A stretch of 64,000 nucleotides of DNA from Azolla caroliniana. Taxonomy: Eukaryota; Plantae; Polypodiophyta. Position numbers and translations under genes: made by a program. Shown here in pieces: positions 23,901 through 38,200 of this stretch (its first letter is position 1; each line of letters begins with the position of its first letter). The notes under the pieces were generated by a model. It saw only the letters and a program-made list of their open reading frames with translations. It was not told where the DNA came from and made no database searches. Location of the stretch: contig JBHGNT010000006.1 of assembly GCA_043228905.1 (NCBI GenBank), positions 18,166,001-18,230,000 of the forward strand, in the 5' to 3' direction.

Positions 23901-26900
23901 TCGGCTTTTCGACTGATTGATGCATGGCCGACTCATTGAACACAACGTCCGAACTTCGGACGATCTGTCTGTGTTCAGGGTCCCAGAGTCAATATCCCAA
24001 TTCACCATTTGTTACATAACCGAGAAAAATACATTTCCTGGACCGTGGTGCAAGTTTGCGGCGATCATCTTTCAGGAAGAGGGCATACGCCTCACATCTG
24101 AAAATCCTTAGCTTGCTGTAATTCGGCTTACTGTCGGTCCATAATTCCTAAGTATTCCGAAGTCCCAGAGGCCTACTCGGCGACATATTGATTATGCGTA
24201 TTGTCGTAAGTTGGGCCTCTATCCAAAAACCATCCGACAATCGGGAGTGTTGGAGCATGGAAACTATCCATTCTTGAATTGTTTGATTCATTCGCTTGAC
24301 AATTCCATTCCGCTCCAGACTATGATGTGTCGTAAATTCACGTCGTATGCCGCATTGTCGGCAAGATTTGACGAATTCCTCAGATTTGAACTCTCCCCCG
24401 TTAGCAGACCGAAAGTTTTTCAGTTTTCCGTCAGACTGATTCTCAACCATGGCAAGCCAATCGGAAAAGATAGACAAAACACGATCTTTGGTTTTGATCG
24501 GATAAGCCCACACCTTCCAAGTCGAGTCGTCAATGAAGCTGAAGAAGTACAGAGCATCGTCAAGGGATTGATGTGGCATAGGACTACATATGTCCGAGTG
24601 GACCAAATCGAGCGGACTCGATTCTCTCGGGGCAGATGAAGGGTGTGTTACGGCTATCTACTTGCCGTATTGGCAATGCTCAAAGAACAGATGATCTGAG
24701 AAGGAGAGTTTGGAGATGTATCCCACTCTAGATAAACGTGTGATGCTGGCCTTGCTGAGGTGTCTGATTCGTCTGTGCTAGAGTGATGACATGGGAATGT
24801 CAACCAAAAACAGGTCACCCTCTCTGAGTGTGACGTGCAAAGGATACAATGAGTGTATCATCGGTCCTCGAGCAAGCTGGAGGTTCCCTCTATGGAGCGT
24901 CCACCTTCCTTATGAGAAGTCAACACGAATGCCATCTTCATCCAATTGTCCGACTAAGATCAGTGGTCTTGAGAGCTCAGGTACATGTTGGACATTTCGT
25001 AGTACTAATGTAGAGACACCCACAATGTTGAGCTCTACCGTGCCAACTCTAATTATGTCGCAGTGTTGCGAATTTCCTACTCGAACTAGTCAGAATGTTG
25101 GGTCGTGTATTGCCGAAATTGGAATGAGGAGTCACATGAAAGGACACACCCGAATCTAAGGGCCACGTGCTCGATTCTTCATTTGTAAGTAGAACTTCTT
25201 ATTCGACTGGGTTCTCAATTGATAGTATATTCGGGTCGTTTGTTAATACTTCAGCCAAAGAGTTGATATAGTTGATCTCCTCATGTCGGCCACTCTTCTG
25301 CTCAGCTCGATGAGCCTTATCGTTTTTGGCCTTGAGTGCACGGCAATTGGCTTTGATGTGCCTGGGTTTCTTGCAGTAGTTGCGGACTCAATTATCCCGG
25401 GACATGCTCCGACTTCGTTGATTATTCGGTTGTCGTGAAGAACTTCTTCCATGGTTGTTCGATCGGTCAGTCAAACCTTGTACTACGTAAGTGTTGTCGG
25501 CTGAGTCAGTAGCAAACGATTTTCTCCGAGCTGCTTCAGTCAAGATTGCACTGGTGACTAAGGATTACTTAACGACAGTTGTCGACGCATTCCACACGGT
25601 TGTAACGAAAGTTTCCCACGAGGGAGGGAGACTCCTCATGAGTAGTTTTGCTTTTAGTTCATCCTCGATAATTATCCCCTGGGTAGAGATTTGGGAGCTT
25701 AAGCTTTCGTACTCATTCAGGTGTGCCTCGACCCAGTTGGACTCTTTCATCCGAAGGTTATAAAGGCGCCGAATCAGGTATATCTTGGTGGCGGCGACCT
25801 TCTTTTCATAACTGTCCGAAAGTGTCTTCCATGGTTGGAAGGCAGTTGATACCGATTGCACCGTGAAGTACACAGACTCTGATAGGTGCATCCGAATGGT
25901 GTCTCAGACGATTCTGTCGAGATTTTCCCATTCAAGTGACTTGTATCCTTCTGGAGGGTCTTCATTCTCAATGGGGTCAATTTGGCCTTTGACTATTAGA
26001 TAGTCTTGCATTTGCTCCTTCCGACTAGTCCTCCCAAATGTCATTCATTTGAATGAAACACAGATTGGGGTTGCCCGTGGGGTCGTGCTTGCTTCAGGTG
26101 ACTACGGCGAGTAGGAGAGAAGTGACAGATGACCTATTCAATTTCCTCCTAGTCAAGTTAAGCAATGATTTGGCCTAGTCAAGATAGAAGTCTCACTCCG
26201 AGCGGCTATGATCACATAACCAAGAGTAACCTAGAACAATAGAGTGTAGACTTCATCACATTTCTCTTTGCATAAATGATCTTGTTGTAGGTTTCTTGTC
26301 GAGATCAACTAAGATCTTGAGGATACACAAAGGAGAGTTGTCGATGGAGACTACATAGAAGGCAGGACTTGGCTCTGATACCAAATGTTGGGAACTCCGT
26401 CTTCAAATGCGGAACAAGATCAACACTCTTCTAGGATAAGATTGTAAATGGATGCAAGATCATAGCTTTGATGACAGCCAAAGACAGAAAGTAAAAGACA
26501 TCTAGTTTTCAAGAGAGAGAGTCAAAGTTCAATGAAGTTTATTACAACTTTTTACAACATGAGCAACCAACCCGTAACTGGGTTACAAAGTCAGTTTATA
26601 TATATTGATTAACTTAGGGCAACTGCCCTTCTCACTATTTACATAAATAGCCTAAGTCTAGTGTGTTCAAAAAAGGAGACAGTGTGAATACGTCCATTGG
26701 AAACTCGTATTCAACACAAAGCATTGTTCCAGTAGTGGCTTTGTTACGCAATCGGTGATGCTCACCTTGATGTCGATCTTTTGGACATCAAGCTTCTTCT
26801 CTTTGACGAGTTTCTAGATATTATGAAACCACACCTCAATGTGTTTCTTCTTTTCATGGTAGACTGGGTTCTGAATGACGTGTATTGCGCTCTGTGAGTT

Positions 26901-27347
26901 GCAATAGGTGGTCGGCGTTGGGTGATCGACTCGTCTTGTCGCCGAAAAATCGTTCTATAGTCAATGCAGGCAGATTGCTTCCTTAGTTGCTTCCAACGTG
27001 GCTATGTATTTGGCCTTTGTGGTTGACAAGGCCATACACTCTTACAATTTCGAGCTCCATGATATGGCGTCGCTACCATAGGTGAATATATATAGCCTGA
27101 TGTCGACTTCCTATTGTCCGGATTGTTGCCGTAGGTGGAGTTGGTATAGCCTTCGACTTCAGTCTGATTAGCCAATCCAAATGTGAATTGTACATCTTTG
27201 GTTCTTCAGAGATACGTGAAGATGTGCTTGACAGCCTCCCAATGCTTCCATCATGGGTTCAACATGTACCAGCTGACGACCCCTACAACATATGCAAGGT
27301 CAGGTCGGGTCACCACTATTGCATACATGATACTTCCTATGATTGAT
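20981..27347 (-). mobile_element. Copia B-1 remnant (3' LTR piece to ~21054, PPT, 3' UTR, RNase H/RT C-terminus), split by Copia F
   Basis: ttatgccaaca-aactcccccgtaaaagg matches 28370-28397; RNase H motifs (YCNSQSAIH, KHIEV) at 26717-27347. Confidence 0.8.
21603..26716 (-). mobile_element. Full-length decayed Ty1/Copia element F (LTRs 21603-21933 and 26386-26716; TSD CAAAG)
   Basis: Paired LTRs; CAAAG on both sides; PBS TGGTATCAGAGC 26372-26383; PPT after 21933; gag, integrase (VHSDIC), RT (KARFVAKGY, YVDDMLI) and RNase H (KHIDIRYHFVR) with stops and frameshifts. Confidence 0.92.
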
Positions 27348-27519
27348 TGTTAGATAATAGGTTCCTCCCGATGGTAAGAAGAGCATGAACCAAATCGGAT
27401 GGAATCAATAGCTAAATAGTCTAGATGTGCCCATTGAGGCTATATTTGTAAATAATATGTTATGTATATGAGTATATATACACTTAGGGCAAGTAATTAT
27501 TAAAGGAAATAATCATTAT
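27348..27519. mobile_element. Probable LTR fragment interrupting Copia B-1 RT
   Basis: Copia RT stops abruptly at TGTTAG; AT-rich LTR-like sequence, itself interrupted by the next LTR. Confidence 0.4.
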
Positions 27520-28075
27520 TGTTAGAGCTAGCTACTAATGTAAGAATATGATAAGGATTTAATCAATAAATAGATAAGAGAGGAGAGAGAAAGAAGGGTG
27601 CCGATCCACCTAACCACCCTTGAGCGAAGGGATCGAGACGTACCCGAGCCTCGATAGGCCTCCTATACCACCGTTGTGGTGTTGAGTCGTACCTGGTACT
27701 GGTGAGCTTGTACAAGAGTTGATCCACCACAGGGACAAAGTCTCAACGTAGTCAAGAGATGTCAAATGAGGGCAGCTAAGCCTCATATTTATAGCCAGAC
27801 CTAAGGCCCCCAGGCAAGTTCTCACTTGGCCTAATGGGTTGTCCCAATCCCAAGGATTAAAAGTAATCCTTCCCTTCTTTACACTCTCGTTTAAGCCTCA
27901 CATTTTATCCACGTGTATAGAATAATACGGTAAAACTTACTACGGGATATTATATGGTAATGCCCATAACATACTCCCCCTTTTTAAAACATTGTACTCT
28001 TGCAATGGAAAGTTAGGGAAGTTAGTTCTAAGAGTATTTTCGCGTTCCTATGTGGCATCTTTGATAGACTTATCC

Positions 28076-31000
28076 TATAGAACAGATATGCACGATTGTA
28101 GAATAGATATGCGCAGTAGGTGTATGAAGACCTGTCAAGAAGTACTCAACAAACAACACAAAAAGAAAGAAGAGAAGAAGATGGACATGCTCTTGAGCTT
28201 TAATGGACGCTTTGTTATTTCTGTTGTCTCTCAATCTCTCTCAGAGACTCAAATTACAAGAATGATCAGCAGCACGTATTACAACGTTAGGTTAGGGCTT
28301 ATATACTCAAGCCCTAACTATTGGACATGTTCAGACTAGTAAGGATACAAAGTGGAAGGAGTCGTTCATTTATGCCAACAAACTCCCCCGTAAAAGGACT
28401 ACTCTTTCCTGCATGTGCAAGTAGTTGGGATTATATCACCTGTAAACTTAGATTATAAGGTTGATCTAAATTTATATTACAAGTCAATCAGCGTATAGTT
28501 GAGTCGGCAGACATAGAATAAATATCTAGCCTGATTCAACTAGTCATTCGGATCAGTTTGTCCGAAATGGCTAGATCACCTTATCTTCTGCTCTTTGCTC
28601 GGTCGCTTTTCGTAGTCCCATCTCTTGTCCTTAGTGCTCTAAAGCGTTGATCTAGGAGTGACTTCGTCAAGCAATCGGCGATGTTCACCTCAGTGTCGAT
28701 CTTCCGGACTTCAAGATTCTTCTCGGTTACTAGTTCCCGTATATGATGATACCGCACCTCAATGTGTTTTGTCTTTGCGTGGTATACTGGGTTCCGAATG
28801 AGGTGTATTGCGCTCTGTGAGTAGCAATAGATCGTCGGCGATGGGTTGTCGATTTAACTTGTCGCTGAGAAATCGGCTGACAATCGATGCAGCCAGATTG
28901 CTTCCTTAGCTACTTCTGATGCTGCTATGTACTCATCCTTTGTGGTGGACAAGGTTGTGCACTCTTGCAGGTTCAACCTCCTTGATATGGCACCACCGCC
29001 GTAGGTGAAGATGTAGCCTGATGTCGACTTCCAATTGTCCGGATTTCCGGCCTAGTTGGAGTCAGTGTAGCCTTCGACATCGATCGGGTTTGCCAATCCA
29101 AAGGTCAGTTGTGCATATTCAATTCGTTTTAGGTACCTCAAGATGTTCTTGAAGGCCTCTCAATGCTTCCATCATAGGTTTGACATGTACCGTCTTACGA
29201 CTCCTACGGCATATGCAAGGTCGGGTCGGGTTGCCATCATTGTGTACATGATACTTCTTATTGCCGATGAGTAGGGTATCTTTCCATTAAGCTCTCTCTC
29301 CTCGTCCGTCGAAAGAGAGTCTCTGTCCCATAGTTGGATCAATGTCGGAAGCAGTGTTGGTGTTGGTTTCGCATTCTCCATGTTGAAGCGCTTCAACACC
29401 TTGAGAATATAATCAGACTGGGGGAGTCTGAGAGTCTTTGTCGTCCAATTTCGCTCTATCCTCATGCCCTGTATGTGTCAGGCTAGCCCTAGTTCCTTCA
29501 TCACAAACTTGTCATGAAGGCTCCACTTTAATTTTCTGAGCTCTGCTCAATTGCTCCCTGCAATGAGCATGTCGTCGACATATAGGATCAGATAGATCTT
29601 GAACTCATCAGTCAATTGCTGCGTGTACATACATGGGTCGGAGTCGAATCGGTTGTATCCAAGCTGCTTGATGTAGGATCAGTTGGTAAAACTCTGTAGG
29701 CCTTCTGACTCGTTTGGATCTCCTGGGTGCCGATGTCGTTGGTTCGAACTCTTCAGTCGGCTCAATCGGCCAATCGTTATTACTTGAACCATTGTCAAGA
29801 GTCTTGTTAGATGACTCACCCCTGTAGTAGGATTGCGGTGATGTTATGGCATCCTCCCCTTCTTCTAGATCAGTCGACTTAGAGGTAGAAGACTTAGCCA
29901 ACTCGGTTCGGGTTTTCCCTTTGGCCTTGGGTGCATCGGTCGGGTTGACTCTGTCGTATTCGACTCTCTCCTTGTTGACTTTGCCTTTTGAGACTCTTTT
30001 CGATTCAGTTGTGTCTTTGATGGCTTTTTCTTCGAGTTCAACTAGTGGAACTCCTACTGATTCAGAGTTGGCAGGTGTATTGTCGGCTTGGTTAAGTTTG
30101 ACTATTGTCGAATCTCTAATTCGGTCCGATGGGCCGGTATTTCTACGACTTCTCTGTCGATTTCAAAAAAGACCTTTTTGCCCACTATTTTCTACTAGTT
30201 TCGTTTAGAGAGAATGGAGTCTTCATTAAAGACTACATGACTGCTCTGGATCAACTTCCGGTTCTCTGGGTCCCATAGCCTATAGCTAAATTCCCCATCA
30301 GTTCCATAACCGAGAAATATGCACTTAGTTGCATGGGGTGCCAACTTGGTTCCTTTGTCCTAGGGGATGAATGCATAGGCTTCGCATCCGAATATACAGA
30401 ACCTATCGTAGGTTAGTTGTTTGCTTGACCATCGTGCCTGTGGCACTTCCAGCCTAATTGCTTTTGACGACAACAGATTGATCTGATATATTGTCGTGTG
30501 CAATGCTTCGGCCCAGAACTCCAGCTTCAGTCCGACTTGTTGGAGCATTGCCATCACCCTCTCCAAGATCGTTCGATTGATCCGTTTAGCCACTCCATTC
30601 TACATGGGTGTGTATGGAATAGTCTTTTGATGCCAGATCCCTTTGTCGGATAGGTATTGTTTGAAGGCTCGGGAGGTGTATTCTCCTCTATTGTCGGATC
30701 GGAGTGTCTTCACTTTGTATCCTGACCTGTTCTCCACTTCAATTATCCACCGAATGAATACCTCGAGCACTTCGTCTTTTGTCGAATAGACCCATACTTT
30801 CTGTGTACATTCATCTACAAATGTGATAAAGTACCGAGATCCTCCTAGTGATTGCTATCATATCGTCTCATAGTGGAGAGAGTGCGGACTTCGGGTCTAT
30901 TTGCCGTATCGACAATGTTCACAGAAGTCCGTCTTCGTCTGAAGTTTTGGAATGTATCACAGATGCGGCCATCAGTCGATCTAGGCCGGCTTGTGACATA

Positions 31001-32702
31001 TGGCCGAGTCTTCCATGCCATAGTTTTGGGTTGGTCTTTTCGGCTACGTTTACGACTCCTTCTGGATTGATCGCCATCATTGGGTACAAGTTGTTGTACT
31101 TGTGCCCAATTCCTATCTTAAGGTTTCCACAGTTGATCACCCGTGTCGACTCACTCAGAGTCATTCTGTACCCGTCTTCGGCTAACATGCCGATGGAGAC
31201 CAACTCCTTTTTAGTGTGTTTACATGTCGAACTTGGTGCAGGATTATTGTGTTGCCATTTGATAGTTGAATTGGTACTCCACCAATTCCTGCGATTCTGC
31301 ACTCTTGCCTATTGCCTAGGTGGACTTTGCCGCTGGCTTCGGCTAAATAGGTCAAGAACCATTCAATGTTCGGGGTTACGTGAAATGTGGCACCGGAATC
31401 CAATAACCACATGTGTGCATCTTGTGCACTGTAGAGGACTTCTCCGATCATTGAGTCCTCTAAGGAGAGGAACTCTCCCAATCGGGGAGTGGTTGCCGAT
31501 TGGGGAGTGGTTCAAGTTGGATCGTCCTCGATTCCGCTCGGATCTCCAACCACTCTCTCTCCTCTTGATCGACCACCAGTCAGAAACATTGTGACCCGTT
31601 TTCTGCAATGGCAGTAGAATTCGCCTAATCTGCCCATTCTCGACTTCGACCGTTGTCGGTCTCCCCTCGTTTTCGACCGATTGTTGTTTCGATCGGTTCT
31701 ATCAACTTGTTCTTTCGATCAACTCAATCGGTCAACCGACTCGGTCTAGTGGTGGGTTTCTGCCGATTCGTCGATGGTGAGTCCCATCGATGGTGACTTG
31801 GCCGATCGTCTCATCTAGATTTAGGATCGAACGGCTATTGGAGAATGTCGTCCAGAATACCTCCCAACTCGCCAGCAAGCTTGATAGGAAGGCAAGGGCT
31901 TTCACTTTTTCTTCGAAGTTGATCCCTTGTGAGGAGAGTTCAGATAACACCCAGTTGAAAGTGTTGATGTGGGAAGTGGCTAGATTGCTCTGATTAATAT
32001 CAGTTTTCTTATCAATATCAGTTTTGAAGATGAGGACTTCTTCTCGTACACAGCTTGTAGCTTCTCCCATGGTGAGAACCTTGTCATCTCTTTTGCCATG
32101 CTAAAGTAGATGTTTTCGACTAGGTGCATTTGAATGGTGGAATGAGAAATTTCGTCTATTGATCTCCACTCTTCAGTTGTCATTGAAGCAGGTTTTTTGC
32201 TATGTCGAATGGCTTCGACCTGTCTTCGAATGATCAACGCGTCTTGCATCATCTCCTTCCATAGGGCAAAGTTTTTGCCATCGTACTTTCGGATCTCAAC
32301 TCCCGTACCGGATGTTGAAGCCATGTTCTTTATGGAAATGTGACTAACCAACCTGGTCTTTTATGTTTCAGCTTTTTCTGTTGTTCGTTGCCTCGGAACA
32401 GCAGGTCTCTCTGATACCAATTGTAGAACAGATATGCGCGGAAGTGTGTATGAGGACCTATCGAGAAGTACTCAGCAAACAACATAGAAAGAAAGAAGAG
32501 AAGAAGATGGACACGCTCTTGAGCTTTAATGGAAACTTTGTTGTTTATGTTGTCTCTCTCTCTCAGAGACTCAAATTACAAGAATTATCACCAACACTTA
32601 TTACAACGCTAGGTTAGGGCTTATATACTCAAGCCCTAACTATTGAACATGTTCACACTAGTAAGGAAACTAAGTAGAAGGAGTCGACCTTTTATGCCAA
32701 CA
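28076..32702 (-). mobile_element. Ty1/Copia element B-2 (LTRs 28076-28380 and 32422-32702; TSD TATCC), internally deleted
   Basis: TATCC at 28071-28075 and 32703-32707; PBS tggtatcaga; gag KYDGKNFALWK; WLLDSGATFH; first half of RT missing at ~29680. Confidence 0.9.
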
Positions 32703-34238
32703 TATCCATCCATTTTATTTTAAATTCTCAGATTATTTTACAACGCAAATTTTTCGTTTTAACATCGAGAATTCTTTCTAGTACTTGTGGTTTAGAAGAT
32801 AATTCTTCAGAAGTAGCCAGAGTTCTAGTTGTGACTATATTGTCGCCAGAACCAAGAAGTTCTTTTATACGACTTACATGAAAAACTGGATGGATTTCAA
32901 TACCATCAGGAAAAGCGAGACAATAGGTTGATGAACCAATGCGTTTGAGGACTGTAAAAGGTCCACAAAACCGTGGGACTAACTTAGGACACTTGCCCAT
33001 AGACAATGTCTTTGAATTGTGAGGTACACGTAAAAATACCTTTTGTCCAGGGTTGAATACACGAGATTGCCTATTATGATCGGCATAAAAACGCGCTCTA
33101 TCTTGAGCTGTTTTTATATTATCTGGTGCAATATGCAACATATCTTGCATATCACGAAGAAACTTTTGCATACTTCGTAACTCATCATGATGTATATTAA
33201 CATAAATCGAGGCTCGTGGTTGAAAACCATACATCAACATAAAAGAACTATATCTAGAACTATATCCCATTGATGTATGCTTGGAGTTGTTATAAGCAAA
33301 CTTCAAATTTGGGAGATAACGTTCCCATTTTGTTGGCTTTTCACCAACGTATGCCTGAGGCATGTCCTCAATAATTTGATTTACTCATTGTATCTGTCCA
33401 TCGAATTGAGGATGATACGTGGATCTCGTGCTCTATGTAATTTCTAACTTCTTAAAGACTTGCGTCTAGAAGTCACTAGTAAACTTTGGATCTCGATCAC
33501 TCACGGTATCCATCATTAACCCATAAAAACTAAATAACTGTCAACGAATTGGTAAGCCAATTCAGGAGCTATTACCATGGTTTTTGTGGCAATAAATCTG
33601 GCCATTTTAGTTAGTCTATCAACAATAACCCAGATGCCCTCATGGCCTTTTTGGGTGTGAGGAAGGCTAACAATAAAATCCAAACCTTCCCATTACGTTA
33701 GAGCACACCGTTTGCAATGTGGAAGGATTCCTTTGAGGATGTGGTGATGTCCATTCCAGACTCAACTCTTGCCTAGTATTTTCCAAAATAATTGTCGTCA
33801 GGATACTTTCCTCGAAGGTGATCATAAAGATCTGATATTATTTCAATTAAACTAAGCATGTTAACTTCACGGATGCGACTCAGCACATCAGCGACAGTGT
33901 TCATGGAACCTTTAGAATATCGTATGGAAAAATCAAAGTCCTGGATGACATCTTCCCATCGTGCCTTACAACCTTTAAGGTCTTGTTGGTCACAAAAATA
34001 TTTCAAGGACTTATGGTCCGTAGTTACCAAAAAACGATTTCCATAAAGATAATGGTGCCATGACTTTAGCACATGAATAACTTCAAATAATTCCTTTTCT
34101 TGAATGGTATACCGACATTGAGGAGAATCAAGTTTCTTACTCTCGAATGTTATTGGTTTACCATCTTGATATAAGACAACACCTATTGTCACGAATGAGT
34201 AGACGAGGCCACTTACAAGTAGACGAGGCTAAATACTA

Positions 34239-34241
<3 letters not shown>

Positions 34242-34289
<48 letters not shown>
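34242..34289. repeat. (GA)n microsatellite in LTR E
   Basis: Direct read. Confidence 0.95.
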
Positions 34290-34293
<4 letters not shown>

Positions 34294-35209
34294 AGACAAG
34301 AGGGTAGCTTCCGTAACTGGTGTTGTTCACCTTGATTGTAATCAAGGTGCACCCGAGTATTTATACAAGAATGTGGAGATCTGCATGTAAGCTAGGAAAC
34401 ATCTACAAAGTGCATGAAGATGCATTCTCTAGAAGTTTCTTGAAAGTTCTTGTGATTAACCTACAATGTAATTAGTTGAATCTTATACAATACAATAAGG
34501 TTGCCCAATAAGACCAAAAGGTCATGGGTTCAACCCTCTACATTCCATCGTGTCCATGACATTATCCTCCCTCTAAGGCCACCTCCCAAGACCCACAACA
34601 GGCTTATATGGGTATCGTTGATGAAAATTATGAATGGCCTCTAGAGCATTTTGTAAATGTGTTTTGGTTCCCATGTGGCATCCGAAATGGGGTAACCTTC
34701 CCATAACACCAAATATTGGAGTTGTCGACGATGATAGCAGGACTCAAGGATTTGGTCAACCTCATATTCTTCCCCCGTCGACAATTACATAAGAGGTAGT
34801 GGAGGAGGTTATCGTCCCGGAATTCGAGAAGGATGGTAGAGTTCGAGGAGGGAAACGTGAAAAACATCGTGAATCTTGAATGTTGGAGGAAGTGCTAACC
34901 GGATGGCGACTAGGTTGATCCGCTCGATGATACGGAAGGAGCCTAGTCTTTTGTAGTCCAATTTTGCACAAGGATGTGAGTGGTGATGTGGCGACATAAC
35001 AGCCAAACCATGTCCCTGATCGCAAATGTTAGTGCAGCCAAGCAATGTCGGTCCGCCTAATCTTTATATTGGTCGCCAGCAACATGGAGCTCCAGGGAGA
35101 TGTCACGATGGACATCGTGTAAAATGCAGGCACACATCTCTCCCGAAGGACTAACCGAAGTTGCAGGTATGGAAATGTTGAAACGAAGATGAAATCCATA
35201 GTTTGCAAA

Positions 35210-38200
35210 TGTAAAGAAATGGAGTTGGTGGTGTAATGCAGCAGAAAATGATTGAGTGTGTGTGTCTGTGTGTGTGTGCGTACAACAAAACAAAGAGAGA
35301 GAGAGAGAGAAAGAGAGAGCTCTTAACAAGAAAATTGTATAGTACTTCCAACAGTAACAAGTTTACAAAGGGTTGGTTTAAATACCAACTAAACTAGGGC
35401 AAGGGCCCTTTCGACTATTTACAAAACTAGCATGGTATGTCCATGAGCTAGTGTAAAACCTATTTCTATGGGAAGTTGAGTTCGACTCTCAACACGCCCC
35501 TTCGAACACAACTTCTATCTATCGAAAGGTTGTTCGGTTCATACTTCGACTCGTCTCGTCAGCTTCGATCAATTGCATATTACATACTTGCATATCATGC
35601 GTACGTTGTTCAATTCACTTTTTGTACTCCCCCTCAAGCTGGGCTAGTCAGGAAGAGATAAGCCAAGGTTCGACACGAACTACCGTAGCTTGTCAATACC
35701 AAGGGTTTTCGTGAAAATGTTAGCAACCTAGAGGTGTGTATTGATATGTTGTAAATCAATATCTCTGACTTGTACAGGCTCACGGATGAAATGATAGTGC
35801 ACTTCGATGTGCTTAGTCCGCGCATGGAATACGGGGTTCCGCGCCAAGTAGATACTGCTCATGTTGTCGCAGTATAGACAAGTTGGAACTTTGATGAGTA
35901 CACCCAACTCCTTCAGTATACGCTTGAGCCATATGGCTTCACATGCGGCGACCGCTGCGCCCCTGTATTCGGCCTCCGTGCTCGACAGTGCGACTATCGG
36001 TTGCTTCTTACTGCTCCAGGAGACTGCTCCGTTACCAAGAGAGAAGACGAATCCGGATGTGGATCATCTATCTGTTTTGTATCTTGCCCAGTCTGCGTCT
36101 GTGTACCCTTCGAGTCGAATGATCGTATTCGACTTATACATGATGTCGTAGTCCATTGTCGTGCTAACATACCGAAGTATCCACTTAGCGCAATCCAGAT
36201 GAAGATTTCGCGGATGTTGCATAAATTGACTAAGCAAGCCAACCGAATAGTTGAGGTCGGGTCTCGTGATGGTTAGATAAATTAAGCTACCGATCAGTTG
36301 ACGATACTGAGTTGGCTCACTCTCGGTCGTGCCGGAGTTAGCATCGATCTTGAAATTACCATCGAGATGGGTAGACACAAGTTTGCACTCCGTCATTCCG
36401 AACTGGTAGTGTAAGTTGAGAATGTAGTGCCGTTGTGATATCATTATTCCGACTGGTGTTCGAATTACCTCAATGCCTAAGAAGTAATGTAGCTCGTGCA
36501 GGTCTTTCATTTCGAATCTGCCGGAGAGAAATGATTTGACCTTGTTAATCTCGGCTAGATCTTTTCCTCCGATGACCAAATCATCCACGTAAAGGATGAT
36601 GACAATCGAGCTATCCGACTCATTTTGGATGTATAGAGAAGTGTTGGATTTTGACATTCGAAATCCGATGTGATGAAGATACTCTGTAATCTTCGAGTGC
36701 CACACACGTGGTGCTTGTTTCAGGCCGTAAAGTGGTTTCTTAAGTCAACATAAGGCGTGCGGATAGGTACACAATTCAAATTCGGGTGGTTGAACCATAT
36801 ACACTTCCTCTTCTAATTCTCCTTGGAGGAAGGCATTTTTCACATCCATCTGGTGGAGGTGCCACCCTTTCGCTACTACCAAGGCAATTACGGTTCGTAC
36901 AGTGGTCATCTTTGCCACTGGGGCAAAGGTCTCTTCGTAGTCTACGCCATGCGTTTGTGTCTATCCTTTCGCAACAAGTCGAGCTTTTTAACGGTTTACA
37001 GAGCCGTCGGCATTATACTTCACCTTATAGATCCATCTGCAGCCAATCGCCTTCTTGTGCGGTGAGTGGGGAACGAAATCCCATGTCTCGTTCTTGGATA
37101 GTGCTTGCATCTCCTCATTCATCGCTTCAACCCATCTGTGGTCCTTCGCGGCGTCAGAAAACGTTTCCGGCTCCCGTACTATTGCTACCTTCATCATAAA
37201 GGCATAATGATACGCCATGTACTCATTGTAGACATAACGGTTTACGGGGTTCTTCTCTCAGGTGGACCGGCGTAGCTTTTCGTTCGAAGATTCGAAAGCT
37301 TTCTTCACGCCGTCTGTCCGAATGTCAAGGCCTTTGAACTCACTATCAAGGGAGTGAGTCGATTCGAATTCGAACTGGTCTTCGTATTCCCGCATTTTCG
37401 CCTTCCCTTTGTCTAGCTTTGTACTCGGCCGAGATGTGCTTTGATCGCTCGGCGGCTCTGACGGCCCACTCAGTCATGTCGTAATTGGGCTTTCATCGAA
37501 CATGCGTGTAACTTGATCTTCAATGTCTGCCTCTATTTCGATGTATATCGGAGTCGAAGTCAAAGTTGTCTCTGGTGCGTACTAGTATGTGGACTCGTCG
37601 AAAACGACATCTCGACTCGTTCGAACTTTCCGGGTAGATGGATTGTAGCATTTGTACCCCTTCTGTTCGAGCGAGTACCCCACGAGGATACATTTCTCCG
37701 ACTTTGGGTCGAGCTTTTGTAGCGTATTGTCGGGAATATGTATGTAAGAGATTACGCCAAAGATGCGGACATGTGATAAGTCTGACTTGTTTCCAAAAAA
37801 CTTCTCATGAGGAGTTACGACGTGTACTCCCGAGGTTGTGCACCTATTCATGAGGTATACGTCCGTGTTTGCCGCTTATGCCCAGTACAATTTTGGCAAA
37901 TTCTTCTCATGCATCATAGCCCGAGCGACTCTACTATGTGCCGGTTTTTACGCACAGCTACGCCGTTTTGCTGAGGTGTGTGACGGCATGAAAATTCCCG
38001 TCGGATTCCTTCCTTTCGAAGATATGCCGTAAACTCATCCGAAAAATATTCTTTGCCTCCATCTAATCGAAGGCAGCGTACATGCCGATCCGTAGCTTTT
38101 TCGACTTCGGCTTTGAATCTCTGGAAGTATCCGAACACTTCACTCTTTTGTTTCATCGGGTAGATCCAGGTGTTCCTGGAGAAGTCATCGATGAACGTAA

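Noticed and set aside
30848-31594. 248-aa plus-strand ORF and similar antisense ORFs (42205-42783, 49640-50272)
   Set aside because: They lie antisense to Copia pol and have no recognisable domain; shadow ORFs
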